DNA of 64,000 nucleotides, taken from NCBI GenBank assembly GCA_035627595.1, contig DASPLK010000001.1, forward strand, positions 69,619 through 133,618, written 5' to 3'. The notes under the pieces are model-generated. The model was not told where the DNA came from. It saw only the letters and a program-made list of their open reading frames with translations, and did no database searches. Positions 28,002 through 35,957 of this stretch are shown here, piece by piece. Numbering within the stretch: position 1 is the stretch's first letter; every line of letters begins with the position of its first letter. This DNA is from Minisyncoccota bacterium (GTDB lineage: Bacteria; Patescibacteriota; Minisyncoccia; Phycocordibacterales; Phycocordibacteraceae). The position numbers were made by a program, and so were the translations under genes.

Positions 28002-28919
28002 ATGGAAATAGAGAGCGCAAAGCGCCAGTTTCTCGAACACACGGAGATCGAGCGCGGCCGCGCGGTTAAAACGATCGAAAACTACGACCGATACCTCACC
28101 CGCTTCTTTCACTGGGGAGAAATAAAGGATACGAACCAAATAACGGAAGAGAAGGTGCGCGAGTTCCGGCTTTGGCTCAACCGGCAGCCAGGCGCTGGAA
28201 AGGACTCGATGAAGCGCAAAACCCAAAACTACTATCTCATTGCACTCCGCTCGTTCTTGAAGTTCCTCCGGAAGCGCGGTATCGATGGCATGTCTCCTGA
28301 GCGTATTGAACTTGCTAAGGTTCCTGAACGATCTCTCGACATCCTCACCTCCCAGGAGCTCGAACGACTCATGAGCGCGCCGATGGAGGCGTTCGCAAAG
28401 GAGGAAGATGAGTATAAACGGCTTACTTGCTTGCGTGATCGGGCAATCTTCGAACTTCTCTTCTCCACCGGACTTCGTGTTTCGGAGCTCTGTGCCCTAA
28501 ACTCCGACATCGATCTTTCACGAGACGAACTTTCGGTGCGCGGAAAGGGAGATAAAGTGCGTGTGGTATTCCTCTCCCCTGCTGCTAAAGATGCTGTACG
28601 CGCATACCTAAAGGAGCGTAAGGATATGGACGAGGCGCTATTCATGCATGGCAGACCAGCGAGCCTCCATCGCATCATTCCACGCGATATCCAGTTGCTG
28701 ATTAAGCGCTACGCTGCCCTTGCCGGCATCACGAGCAAAGTAACGCCGCATACCATACGCCACGCGTTCGCTACGGACCTTCTCTCAAACGGCGCTGATA
28801 TCAGGAGCGTGCAGGTTCTTTTGGGTCATGCCTCAATCAATACGACGCAGATCTACACTCACGTGACGGATGCGCACCTCAGAGAAGTGCATAAACGGTT
28901 CCATTCACGGCAGAAGTAA
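28002..28919 (+). CDS. XerC/XerD-type tyrosine recombinase
   Basis: RDRAIFELLFSTGLRVSEL, GKGDKVR, HTIRHAFAT, LLGHAS, TTQIYTHV. Confidence 0.93.
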   Translation: MEIESAKRQFLEHTEIERGRAVKTIENYDRYLTRFFHWGEIKDTNQITEEKVREFRLWLNRQPGAGKDSMKRKTQNYYLIALRSFLKFLRKRGIDGMSPERIELAKVPERSLDILTSQELERLMSAPMEAFAKEEDEYKRLTCLRDRAIFELLFSTGLRVSELCALNSDIDLSRDELSVRGKGDKVRVVFLSPAAKDAVRAYLKERKDMDEALFMHGRPASLHRIIPRDIQLLIKRYAALAGITSKVTPHTIRHAFATDLLSNGADIRSVQVLLGHASINTTQIYTHVTDAHLREVHKRFHSRQK

Positions 28920-29480
28920 CTAGTTGCCACCCACGCACGCGCTCGCACTACTCCAGTAGTTCCAGCTCCCGTTTGTGCCTGAATACTTGTTCTTGCAATA
29001 CCCCGGCAATTCCCCAGTCTCATACATGCCTTCGTAGTATCCGCCGTCATTAACACCAGGACCTGTACTTGATTCAAGAGTTACGCCAAGCGCATACATC
29101 TGCTTCGTTCCAACCGACTTGTATAGGTATCTACGATTAGCAGGAGGTGTTCCTGTGTCGCGTGGCAATGATGACATGTACGGGCTTAGCGCCTCTTCAA
29201 GATCGCACCAACCATTGCTGTAGCCGCAATGGTTGAACGTTCCTGACGATTCGTGTGGAGTCATCGCGTAGTAGTAGACCTCGGGGGTGCCCGGGTACAC
29301 ACCATGGTCACTATAGTAGAGCGCAAGTGCTTTCTGCATCTGCTGTATCTCTTGAACTCGAGCTGCATCACGTGCCTTCGCGCGAGCAGAGTTTAAGGAC
29401 ACGAGTACGGTAGCTGAAAGTATGCCGATGATCGCAATGACAACGAGTAGCTCAATCAGAGTAAAGCCTCTGGATCTCAT
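28920..29480 (-). CDS. Type IV pilin / PulG-like prepilin
   Basis: MRSRG-FTLIELLVVIAIIGILS; ARAKARDAAR; Cys-containing variable C-domain. Confidence 0.92.
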   Translation of the reverse strand: MRSRGFTLIELLVVIAIIGILSATVLVSLNSARAKARDAARVQEIQQMQKALALYYSDHGVYPGTPEVYYYAMTPHESSGTFNHCGYSNGWCDLEEALSPYMSSLPRDTGTPPANRRYLYKSVGTKQMYALGVTLESSTGPGVNDGGYYEGMYETGELPGYCKNKYSGTNGSWNYWSSASACVGGN

Positions 29481-29535
29481 TGAACCACTATAGCAATAGC
29501 GTACGGCAGTAATAGTCGTGCGATAGAATAAACAC

Positions 29536-30327
29536 ATGCGCATCGTCTCTTGGAATGTTAACGGCATCCGCGCCGTACACCGCAAAGGTCTGTTCCTCCC
29601 TTTCCTTAAGGAATTAAAGCCTGACATCATTTGCCTTCAGGAAACAAAGGCCGAGCAGCACCAATCGGAAGTAGATCTCATGGGATATGAGGAATACTGG
29701 CACTCTGCCAAGAAAAAGGGCTACAGCGGCACAGCCATCTTCACGAAACAGGTCCCGGAGGACGTGCTGTTCGGCATGCCTGTGGACATAGCAGAAAAAT
29801 ATTCCCTTTCAGACGATAGCTATGGAGATCCAAATGAGGAGGGCCGCGTTATTGCCGCAGATATGGGCGATTTTTATGTCGTCAGCGTGTACACGCCTAA
29901 CGCCAAAGATGACCTCTCTCGCCTATCACTTCGCCACAAGCAGTGGGATCCGGCCTTCCTTGAGTACATGAAGAGGCTCGAGGCTGAAAAACCCGTTATT
30001 TTCTGCGGTGATTTGAATGTTGCACATACTGAGGACGATCTCGCGCGACCCAAGGAGAACAAGGGTAAGAAGGGATTTACCGATGAAGAGCGAGTAGGAA
30101 TCAATACTATTATCGATTCCGGCTTTGTTGACTCATACCGCCTATTTACTAAAGGAAACGGCCACTATACGTGGTGGAGCCATTTTGCACAGGCGCGAGC
30201 CCGCAATGTCGGCTGGCGTATCGATTATATTTTTGTATCGAAAAAGTTATCCACAAAGGTAAAGAAAGCAGAGATACACGATGACATTCTCGGGTCAGAT
30301 CACTGCCCCGTCTCAATTACTCTTTAA
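29536..30327 (+). CDS. xth: Exodeoxyribonuclease III / AP endonuclease
   Basis: SWNVNGIRA, LQETK, GYSGTA, GDLNVAH, WRIDY, SDHCP. Confidence 0.95.
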   Translation: MRIVSWNVNGIRAVHRKGLFLPFLKELKPDIICLQETKAEQHQSEVDLMGYEEYWHSAKKKGYSGTAIFTKQVPEDVLFGMPVDIAEKYSLSDDSYGDPNEEGRVIAADMGDFYVVSVYTPNAKDDLSRLSLRHKQWDPAFLEYMKRLEAEKPVIFCGDLNVAHTEDDLARPKENKGKKGFTDEERVGINTIIDSGFVDSYRLFTKGNGHYTWWSHFAQARARNVGWRIDYIFVSKKLSTKVKKAEIHDDILGSDHCPVSITL

Positions 30328-30371
30328 GGACATAAAGGACATTATCCCCATGTATGTCCTTTACTATGTCC
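30326..30371. promoter_or_regulatory. Operator-like array: two GGACAT direct plus two inverted copies around a DnaA-box-like TTATCCCCA
   Basis: AAGGACAT 30326 and 30335; TTATCCCCA 30342; ATGTCCTT 30354; ATGTCC 30366. Confidence 0.5.
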
Positions 30372-30389
30372 GATAGAGGATTAGTATGG

Positions 30390-30686
30390 TCTATAGGCCG
30401 TTCGGCAGGAAGGACTCGCGAGAGAACAACCTGCCTTACGGGGCGTGTTGATCTTTGAGAGCTCTTTCCTATCAGGTGCACGTTTCATGTGTAACCAGCC
30501 GACCACGACCTTCGGGGCGTATCCCCTAAAACAAAAGAGGCTCTGGCTACGTTCCATGTGTAACAGCACAATTCATACAAAGCCGCCCGGGTATGCACTC
30601 TCGGGATGACCGCCAATCAATTTGCCCTCGCTCCAACTTTTGGTCATCTCACGCACAAATGCCTATGGCGGCTTTTGTTATATAGG
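30390..30686 (+). ncRNA. Putative novel ~300-nt three-domain structured RNA
   Basis: Hand-folded helices 30407-14/30463-70, 30476-79/30566-69, 30579-87/30667-75 and 30603-11/30642-50; cUUCGg loop; G-U pairs favour the + strand; terminator downstream; no credible ORF. Confidence 0.5.
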
Positions 30687-32029
30687 GTTTTCACATGAAA
30701 CAAGAGAAAAACGGCCTAGTTAGGCCGTTTTCTATGTTCCACGTGAAAGATTCCTGCTCTGTTACACGTGAAAACTAGGATACGTGGTGCTTTTCTAAGA
30801 TCTTGCTCACCTCTTCCTCTTCTGCCAGCTCGCGCTTACGCTTTCCCGAGTCCCCTAACTCTTTAAGTTCGGTGTCAGGAAGTGCAAGAAGTTCCTTTGT
30901 TCTAGAGTCAAGATAATCCTCAGTATTATGCTTAGGGTCCTCAAGTACTTCTTCAAGAAGAGCGTTTAAGGTCCACCCGATGCGGGGACCCGGTTCCACA
31001 TGGAACATCTGCATGAGTCTTGAGCCGTCAGTCTTAAGCATGGTGACTGAAATGGGGTCGCGTAACGCCTGCTCGACCATAGCTTTGTACTTTCTGAACC
31101 TGAACGGCTGCTCCTTAGGCCTACCTGTGCCAATACGATCGCAAATGCGAAGGTTAAGTAGATCCCATATATTCTCCTCACCGACATTGCGGACCATGCG
31201 ACGAACGGCTGAAAGGGTAATTTGGTCCGGGTCTGAGAAGAACATGTGCCAACGGACCAGTTTTACTACCTTATCTATGGTTTCACGTGGAAACTTAAGG
31301 TCCTCAAGCACCTTCTTTGTTACACGTGAACCAACTACCTCATGCCCGTAGAAGGTCCAATCGCGCTTCTCATCTGACCAACGTCGCGTTTCTGGCTTGG
31401 ATACGTCGTGAAATAGGGCAGCGAGCCGTACTTCAAATGGCCAATCCTTGTCAGCGGCATGTTGTACGGCGCGCATGAGGTGTCCAAACACGTCGTAGCT
31501 ATGTGCCTGGTTCTGATCAATACCTATTCCACGTGAAAGATCCGGAGCTATGTGCTCAAGTAGTCCGAGCTGCTGGCATAGAATAAGCGCCATCATGGGC
31601 TGCTTTGAGTTAAGTATGCGTATAAACTCATCCCTAATGCGCTCTTTGGATATATGGCCTAGATTTGCTGCTTTCCCCTGTATGGCCGCTGCGGTGTCCG
31701 CATCCAACGCAAAGCCAAGCTCTGCGACCAGGCGCACAGCACGCATTAGGCGGAGAGCGTCTTCCTCAAAGCGCTCCTGGGGGTCTCCTACGGTCCGTAA
31801 TACCTGCGTCTCGATGTCCTTTTGTCCTTTATACGGGTCTATAATCTGTCCTTTAGCTTCGTCATAAGCTATGGCATTTATAGTGAAATCACGCCGAGCG
31901 AGATCATCCTCAAGATTGTCACCAAAACTAACTGAATCAGGACGGCGCTTGTCTGAATAACCTGTTTCAGTACGGTACGGGGTAACTTCTATGACTTTCA
32001 GACTTTCTTCTTCTGTTTCATGTAGAACA
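30481..32029. promoter_or_regulatory. parS: Cluster of ~10 parS-like palindromes (ParB loading sites)
   Basis: 16-mers resembling TGTTTCACGTGAAACA starting at 30481, 30550, 30687, 30735, 30760, 30992, 31279, 31318, 31525 and 32014. Confidence 0.85.
30705..30733. terminator. Bidirectional terminator
   Basis: AGAAAAACGGCCTA-GT-TAGGCCGTTTTCT. Confidence 0.8.
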
Positions 32030-32238
32030 CCCACCGTTCCGAAATCGTTTGTGTAGAAAGAGTCTGGAAATACTTCCTGTATCTGCTCAGGCGTGGCATT
32101 CGTGGTGACGTCCCAGTCCTTGGGTTTCCTGCCGAGGAAGATGTCACGGACGCAGCCGCCAACAAGGTATGCCTCAAAACCGGCTGTACGCAGCCGCTCG
32201 GTCACATCACGCACCTCATCAGGGACTTGTACGGTCAT
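30775..32238 (-). CDS. cca: CCA-adding tRNA nucleotidyltransferase with HD domain
   Basis: AYLVGGCVRD, DWDVTT, DLARRDFTINA, EDALRLMRAVR, ERIRDEF, FHDVSK; true start MTVQVP at 32238 (the longer ORF overlaps a tRNA). Confidence 0.93.
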   Translation of the reverse strand: MTVQVPDEVRDVTERLRTAGFEAYLVGGCVRDIFLGRKPKDWDVTTNATPEQIQEVFPDSFYTNDFGTVGVLHETEEESLKVIEVTPYRTETGYSDKRRPDSVSFGDNLEDDLARRDFTINAIAYDEAKGQIIDPYKGQKDIETQVLRTVGDPQERFEEDALRLMRAVRLVAELGFALDADTAAAIQGKAANLGHISKERIRDEFIRILNSKQPMMALILCQQLGLLEHIAPDLSRGIGIDQNQAHSYDVFGHLMRAVQHAADKDWPFEVRLAALFHDVSKPETRRWSDEKRDWTFYGHEVVGSRVTKKVLEDLKFPRETIDKVVKLVRWHMFFSDPDQITLSAVRRMVRNVGEENIWDLLNLRICDRIGTGRPKEQPFRFRKYKAMVEQALRDPISVTMLKTDGSRLMQMFHVEPGPRIGWTLNALLEEVLEDPKHNTEDYLDSRTKELLALPDTELKELGDSGKRKRELAEEEEVSKILEKHHVS

Positions 32239-32300
32239 TACAAAAAATACTAGTACGCAGGTGGCTATTCTCCTAGCTCTCCCGTAGTATTGGGAGTATT

Positions 32301-32372
32301 GCTCCTGTGGTGAAATGGATATCACAACTGTCTTCGGAACAGTCGTTCCAGGTTCGAGTCCTGGCGGGAGCA
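32301..32372 (+). tRNA. tRNA-Arg(UCG)
   Basis: Acceptor GCTCCTG/CGGGAGC; anticodon arm ACTGT-CTTCGGA-ACAGT; GGTTCGAGTCC T-arm; no encoded CCA. Confidence 0.95.
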
Positions 32373-32374
32373 CT

Positions 32375-33565
32375 ATGATGCGTGCGATAGGCGGAGTAGT
32401 GGGGGAGGAGCTCCGGAAGCGGTTCGGTACGCCTTTATACGTATATGACGCTTCTGTCGTATCGAAGCGAAGCAGAGAGCTCCTAGAGGCGTTTCCAGGC
32501 ATGCTGGTCCACTATGCAGTGAAAGCCAACGCCAATCCTGCGCTCCTTAAGATTATCAAAGAGGAAGGACTCGGTGCAGAAGCGGTAAGTCCGGGAGAGT
32601 TGCTTGTCGCAGAACATGCAGGATTCAAGAAGAAGGACATCAGCTTTACCGGCCCGAGTCTTACTGAGGCAGAATTGCGCTTCGTCGCGAATCGCGCAGG
32701 GCGAGTCCATTTGGATTCGCTTACGCAGCTGGAGACTTGGGGAAGGCTTAAGTTAGGGAGCACAGTATCCCTGCGCCTCAACCTCGGCATAGGTGCCGGA
32801 CACCATGCTCATGTGAAGACGGGAGGAGACGGTAGCAAGTTCGGCATAGTGCCGCGCGATATACCACATGCAAAGGAGAGGGCGGCGCGACACGGTCTAG
32901 CGATAACTGGCCTCCAGCAGCATATTGGCTCGCATGTGCCGGACGGCAGCGACTACATAGAGGGGGCGGCAGCGCTTCTCAAAGCTGCTCGAGAGTTCCC
33001 CGATGTCGTGCATGTAGATTTCGGCGGTGGGTTTGGTGTTCCATACCGCAGCGGAGAGAAGCAACTAAACCTGAAGAGGATCGGCAGGGAAGTGCTGCGG
33101 CTCGTACGGAACTTTGAGAGGCAGACGGGACGATCTGCGAGCTATGCGCTTGAGCCTGGGCGCTTTCCGATTGCTGAAGCGGGATACCTTCTCGTATCCG
33201 TGACTGATCGTAAGGAAACTGCCGCACATACATTCATTGGTGTAGATTCCGGGTTCAATCACCTCATCCGTCCCGCGCTCTATGGCGCGCACCATGAGAT
33301 AGAGAACATGAGCCGAATGAGTTATAGGAGGGAGAGCGTGACCATTGCAGGGAATATCTGCGAATCTGGCGACGTGTTCGCATGGAATCGAGGTATGCCT
33401 GTTCCCAAGATTGGAGATATCCTCGCTATAAAAAACGCAGGAGCATACGGGATTAGCATGGCCTCAACCTACAACCTCCGTGCGCTGCCGCAGGAGATTC
33501 TTATCAAGAACGGTAAGGTTAAGGACATTACCTTCGATCGATTCCCGTTCCTGGTCCGGCTCTAG
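32375..33565 (+). CDS. lysA: Diaminopimelate decarboxylase
   Basis: FGTPLYVYD, YAVKAN (PLP lysine), SKFG, HIGS, DFGGGFG, EPGR, RPALYGAHH, GNICESGD, AGAYG. Confidence 0.9.
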   Translation: MMRAIGGVVGEELRKRFGTPLYVYDASVVSKRSRELLEAFPGMLVHYAVKANANPALLKIIKEEGLGAEAVSPGELLVAEHAGFKKKDISFTGPSLTEAELRFVANRAGRVHLDSLTQLETWGRLKLGSTVSLRLNLGIGAGHHAHVKTGGDGSKFGIVPRDIPHAKERAARHGLAITGLQQHIGSHVPDGSDYIEGAAALLKAAREFPDVVHVDFGGGFGVPYRSGEKQLNLKRIGREVLRLVRNFERQTGRSASYALEPGRFPIAEAGYLLVSVTDRKETAAHTFIGVDSGFNHLIRPALYGAHHEIENMSRMSYRRESVTIAGNICESGDVFAWNRGMPVPKIGDILAIKNAGAYGISMASTYNLRALPQEILIKNGKVKDITFDRFPFLVRL

Positions 33566-33608
33566 CTCTGGAATTCTTTACAGGCTGTGTGCTATGATGC
33601 CTCTCGAA

Positions 33609-33679
33609 GCGGATATGGTTTAGTGGTAAAACGGGTCCTTGCCAAGGACCAGTCGGGAGTTCGATTCTCCCTATCCGCA
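33609..33679 (+). tRNA. tRNA-Gly(GCC)
   Basis: Acceptor GCGGATA/TATCCGC; GGTCC-TTGCCAA-GGACC; GAGTTCGATTCTC; upstream TG-C-TATGAT -10. Confidence 0.95.
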
Positions 33680-33805
33680 CCGGTAGCAAAAGCGCCCCTA
33701 CGGGCGCTTTTGCGTTATGCAGTAATTAGCACATAGAATTCAGGTTAGCTTCACCTAAAATAGCAAAATATGGCCTAGATAAGCCTTTTTATGCTTAAAG
33801 ACGCT

Positions 33806-33870
33806 TGGGGACAAGTCTGTTAATACTGGGGATAAAGGACATAGGACAACCCTGTGGATTTTGTGGATAG
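33806..33870. promoter_or_regulatory. Secondary DnaA-box cluster
   Basis: Co-oriented TGGGGACAA 33806, TGGGGATAA 33827, TGTGGATTT 33853 and TGTGGATAG 33862. Confidence 0.55.
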
Positions 33871-33975
33871 TCTCAAAGATAGGGCGCAGTTCTGCTACAT
33901 TTCAAAAGCACGACCGTATTGGACGAGCGTCATGCACTCCCGTTTCGGCCATAAACCTGATAGGATGAGCGGACT

Positions 33976-34046
33976 CGGGGCGTAGTGTAGTGGTAGCACG
34001 AGTCCTTTGGGAGGATTTAGCTCGAGTTCGAATCTCGGCGCCCCGA
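33976..34046 (+). tRNA. tRNA-Pro(UGG)
   Basis: Acceptor CGGGGCG/CGCCCCG; AGTCC-TTTGGGA-GGATT; GAGTTCGAATCTC. Confidence 0.93.
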
Positions 34047-34095
34047 CAAGTACCACGTCACCCAGGCTTTAGCGTTGGTTGTGTATACCCGAAGT

Positions 34096-34869
34096 ATGAA
34101 GGTCTACTCCTGGAATGTGTATTGCTATAACCGCAAGCTACAAGCGGTATGTGATTTCATAGAGCGACTTGAGTTCGATGTCTTGTGTCTGCAGGAGGTG
34201 ACGCCAGAACTTCTCGAATGCCTTAAGGCGATGCCATACGAGATGGCATACCATACGGACGTCATTCGTCTTTACTCACCACGTAGAGAGGAGCTGAACT
34301 ACGTAGTTATTCTTTCCCGCCACCCCATGTCCTATAGGGGCACGCTCCAGTTTCCGGACTTCCCGTTCCCGAAGCATACGCGGTATTTCATCGCGCTCAT
34401 GACCGGACTCGGGTGGACACTCATAACGGAGCGCGGCTCGGTGTATGCGGATATTGAGATAGCAGGGAAGACGATACGCATCTTCTCGGCGCACCTCACG
34501 CTTTGGGGACCAAGCAACCGAAGCGAGGAGTTCCTTGAGCTCATGAAGCACGTAAAGAAAGACATGCCGACTATCATTGCGGGAGACTTCAACGTGATTG
34601 AGCACCCGCCCATGAAGATCATCAACTGGCTCCTCGGCGCACCGATCCAGGAAGCGCTGCCATGGTATCCGGAGCGCGCATTGTTTGAGGAGCGCTTCCT
34701 CCGCTACGGATTCAAGAATCCGCACCGCAGGAAGGTGACGCATGGGTTCTCAAAATCACAACTTGATCACATACTGCTCTCAAATGATCTTGTCGCAAAG
34801 AGCGCATGGGTCCTACCAGATCTCCATGGCTCGGACCACTATCCGGTCGGAGTGGAGATCGGGAAGTGA
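34096..34869 (+). CDS. Endonuclease/exonuclease/phosphatase (EEP) family protein
   Basis: YSWNV, LCLQEV, GDFN, LDHIL, SDHYPV. Confidence 0.9.
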   Translation: MKVYSWNVYCYNRKLQAVCDFIERLEFDVLCLQEVTPELLECLKAMPYEMAYHTDVIRLYSPRREELNYVVILSRHPMSYRGTLQFPDFPFPKHTRYFIALMTGLGWTLITERGSVYADIEIAGKTIRIFSAHLTLWGPSNRSEEFLELMKHVKKDMPTIIAGDFNVIEHPPMKIINWLLGAPIQEALPWYPERALFEERFLRYGFKNPHRRKVTHGFSKSQLDHILLSNDLVAKSAWVLPDLHGSDHYPVGVEIGK

Positions 34870-34907
34870 GTGCAGGAGGGAAGGGGGTGTGGTATTCTCG
34901 CCCTATC

Positions 34908-34978
34908 GCGGGATTAGTTTAATGGTAGAACAACAGTTTTCCAAACTGTGAGCAGGAGTTCGATTCTCCTATCCCGCA
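34908..34978 (+). tRNA. tRNA-Gly(UCC)
   Basis: Acceptor GCGGGAT/ATCCCGC; ACAGT-TTTCCAA-ACTGT; GAGTTCGATTCTC. Confidence 0.95.
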
Positions 34979-35072
34979 CAACAACATCTAGCATCTTCAT
35001 CAAGATGCGCATGCTATCGTAAAGACATAAGCTGCTCGCGCGGCGCCGTTATTGTCCTCTAGTTTCATTCCT

Positions 35073-35957
35073 ATGAATCGAACACTGTACCTCATACCCA
35101 TTGTGCTTCTTGCAGGCATTCTTATTAGCGCCCCGGAGAGCGCGCATGCAGAGACTTGCTCCTTTACAGGAAATCTCGAACTTGGATACCAGGGTGAAGA
35201 GGTGCGCTGCCTTCAGCGGTACTTGAACTCGACCGGCTTCGTAGTCGCGACAGAGGGCGTTGGCTCCTCAGGCCAAGAGACGAGCTTGTACCGCGAGAAG
35301 ACAGTGGACGCTGTGCGTCGCTGGCAGACTGCATATGGGGTCTCACCAGCAACAGGCACGTTTGGCCCACTTTCTCAGGCTAAGTACCTCTCATTGGTAG
35401 GTACAACCGCACCCACCACTCCAACCACACCTACCCCTGTTCCGACGACCTCTTCAAGCGCGCAGGCAAAGGCACGTACTGCAATACAGTCCGCCATTAG
35501 CTCCATCGAAGATGTTGAGGACAAGGTTGAACAGGCAGACGATGCTGGATGGGATATCGACGAGGCTGAAGACTTTCTTCGAGATGCAGATGGAGACCTC
35601 CTAAACGCACTGTACGCGTTTATTGATGAGGACTATAGCGATGCGCTCGTGAGCGGCCAAAGCGCCCGAGATTTCGCCCGTAAGGCGCTCGATTCGCTTA
35701 CTACGGGCAATGACAGCGAGAACGCTGAAGATGCGCTTGAGAACGCTGAGGAGGCCATTGAGGACGCATGGGACGATGTAATCGAGGCAGAGAACGACGA
35801 TAAAGATGTCGATGAGGCAGAGGACCTCCTTGAGGAAGCGGAAGATCTCCTCGAAGAGGCCGAAGAGGCACTCGATGACGAAGACTACGACGATGTGGTT
35901 GAACTAGCGAACGATATCGATGACTTGGTAGAAGAGGCACTCGACAGTATCGATTAA
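35073..35957 (+). CDS. Secreted peptidoglycan-binding-domain protein with acidic helical repeats
   Basis: Signal peptide; LELGYQGEEVRCLQRYLN...T.DAVRRWQ...TGTFGPLS (PG_binding_1-like); Thr/Pro linker; D/E-rich tail. Confidence 0.85.
   Translation: MNRTLYLIPIVLLAGILISAPESAHAETCSFTGNLELGYQGEEVRCLQRYLNSTGFVVATEGVGSSGQETSLYREKTVDAVRRWQTAYGVSPATGTFGPLSQAKYLSLVGTTAPTTPTTPTPVPTTSSSAQAKARTAIQSAISSIEDVEDKVEQADDAGWDIDEAEDFLRDADGDLLNALYAFIDEDYSDALVSGQSARDFARKALDSLTTGNDSENAEDALENAEEAIEDAWDDVIEAENDDKDVDEAEDLLEEAEDLLEEAEEALDDEDYDDVVELANDIDDLVEEALDSID

Noticed and set aside
28002-29480. Integron or shufflon (recombinase abutting a pilin gene)
   Set aside because: The recombinase looks like a housekeeping Xer without the IntI insertion; no attC/sfx repeats, alternative pilin cassettes or dif site were seen.
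30390-30686. RNase P RNA, tmRNA, SRP RNA or group I/II intron as the identity of the structured region
   Set aside because: On either strand I found no GAGGAAAGUCC/P4 partner, no tRNA-like ends or tag ORF, no SRP helix-8 motif and no intron domain V or splice boundaries; left as unknown.
30481-31007. CRISPR array formed by the recurring 16-bp palindromes
   Set aside because: The repeats are too short, degenerate and irregularly spaced, continue into a CDS and match parS; no cas genes are present.
32239-32502. N-terminal extensions of the cca (to 32502) and lysA (from 32315) ORFs
   Set aside because: Both overlap a well-formed tRNA-Arg; recognisable protein starts at 32238 and 32375.
33907-33975. 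Riboswitch or sRNA in the tRNA-Pro leader
   Set aside because: Only short possible pairings and no recognisable motif; insufficient support.
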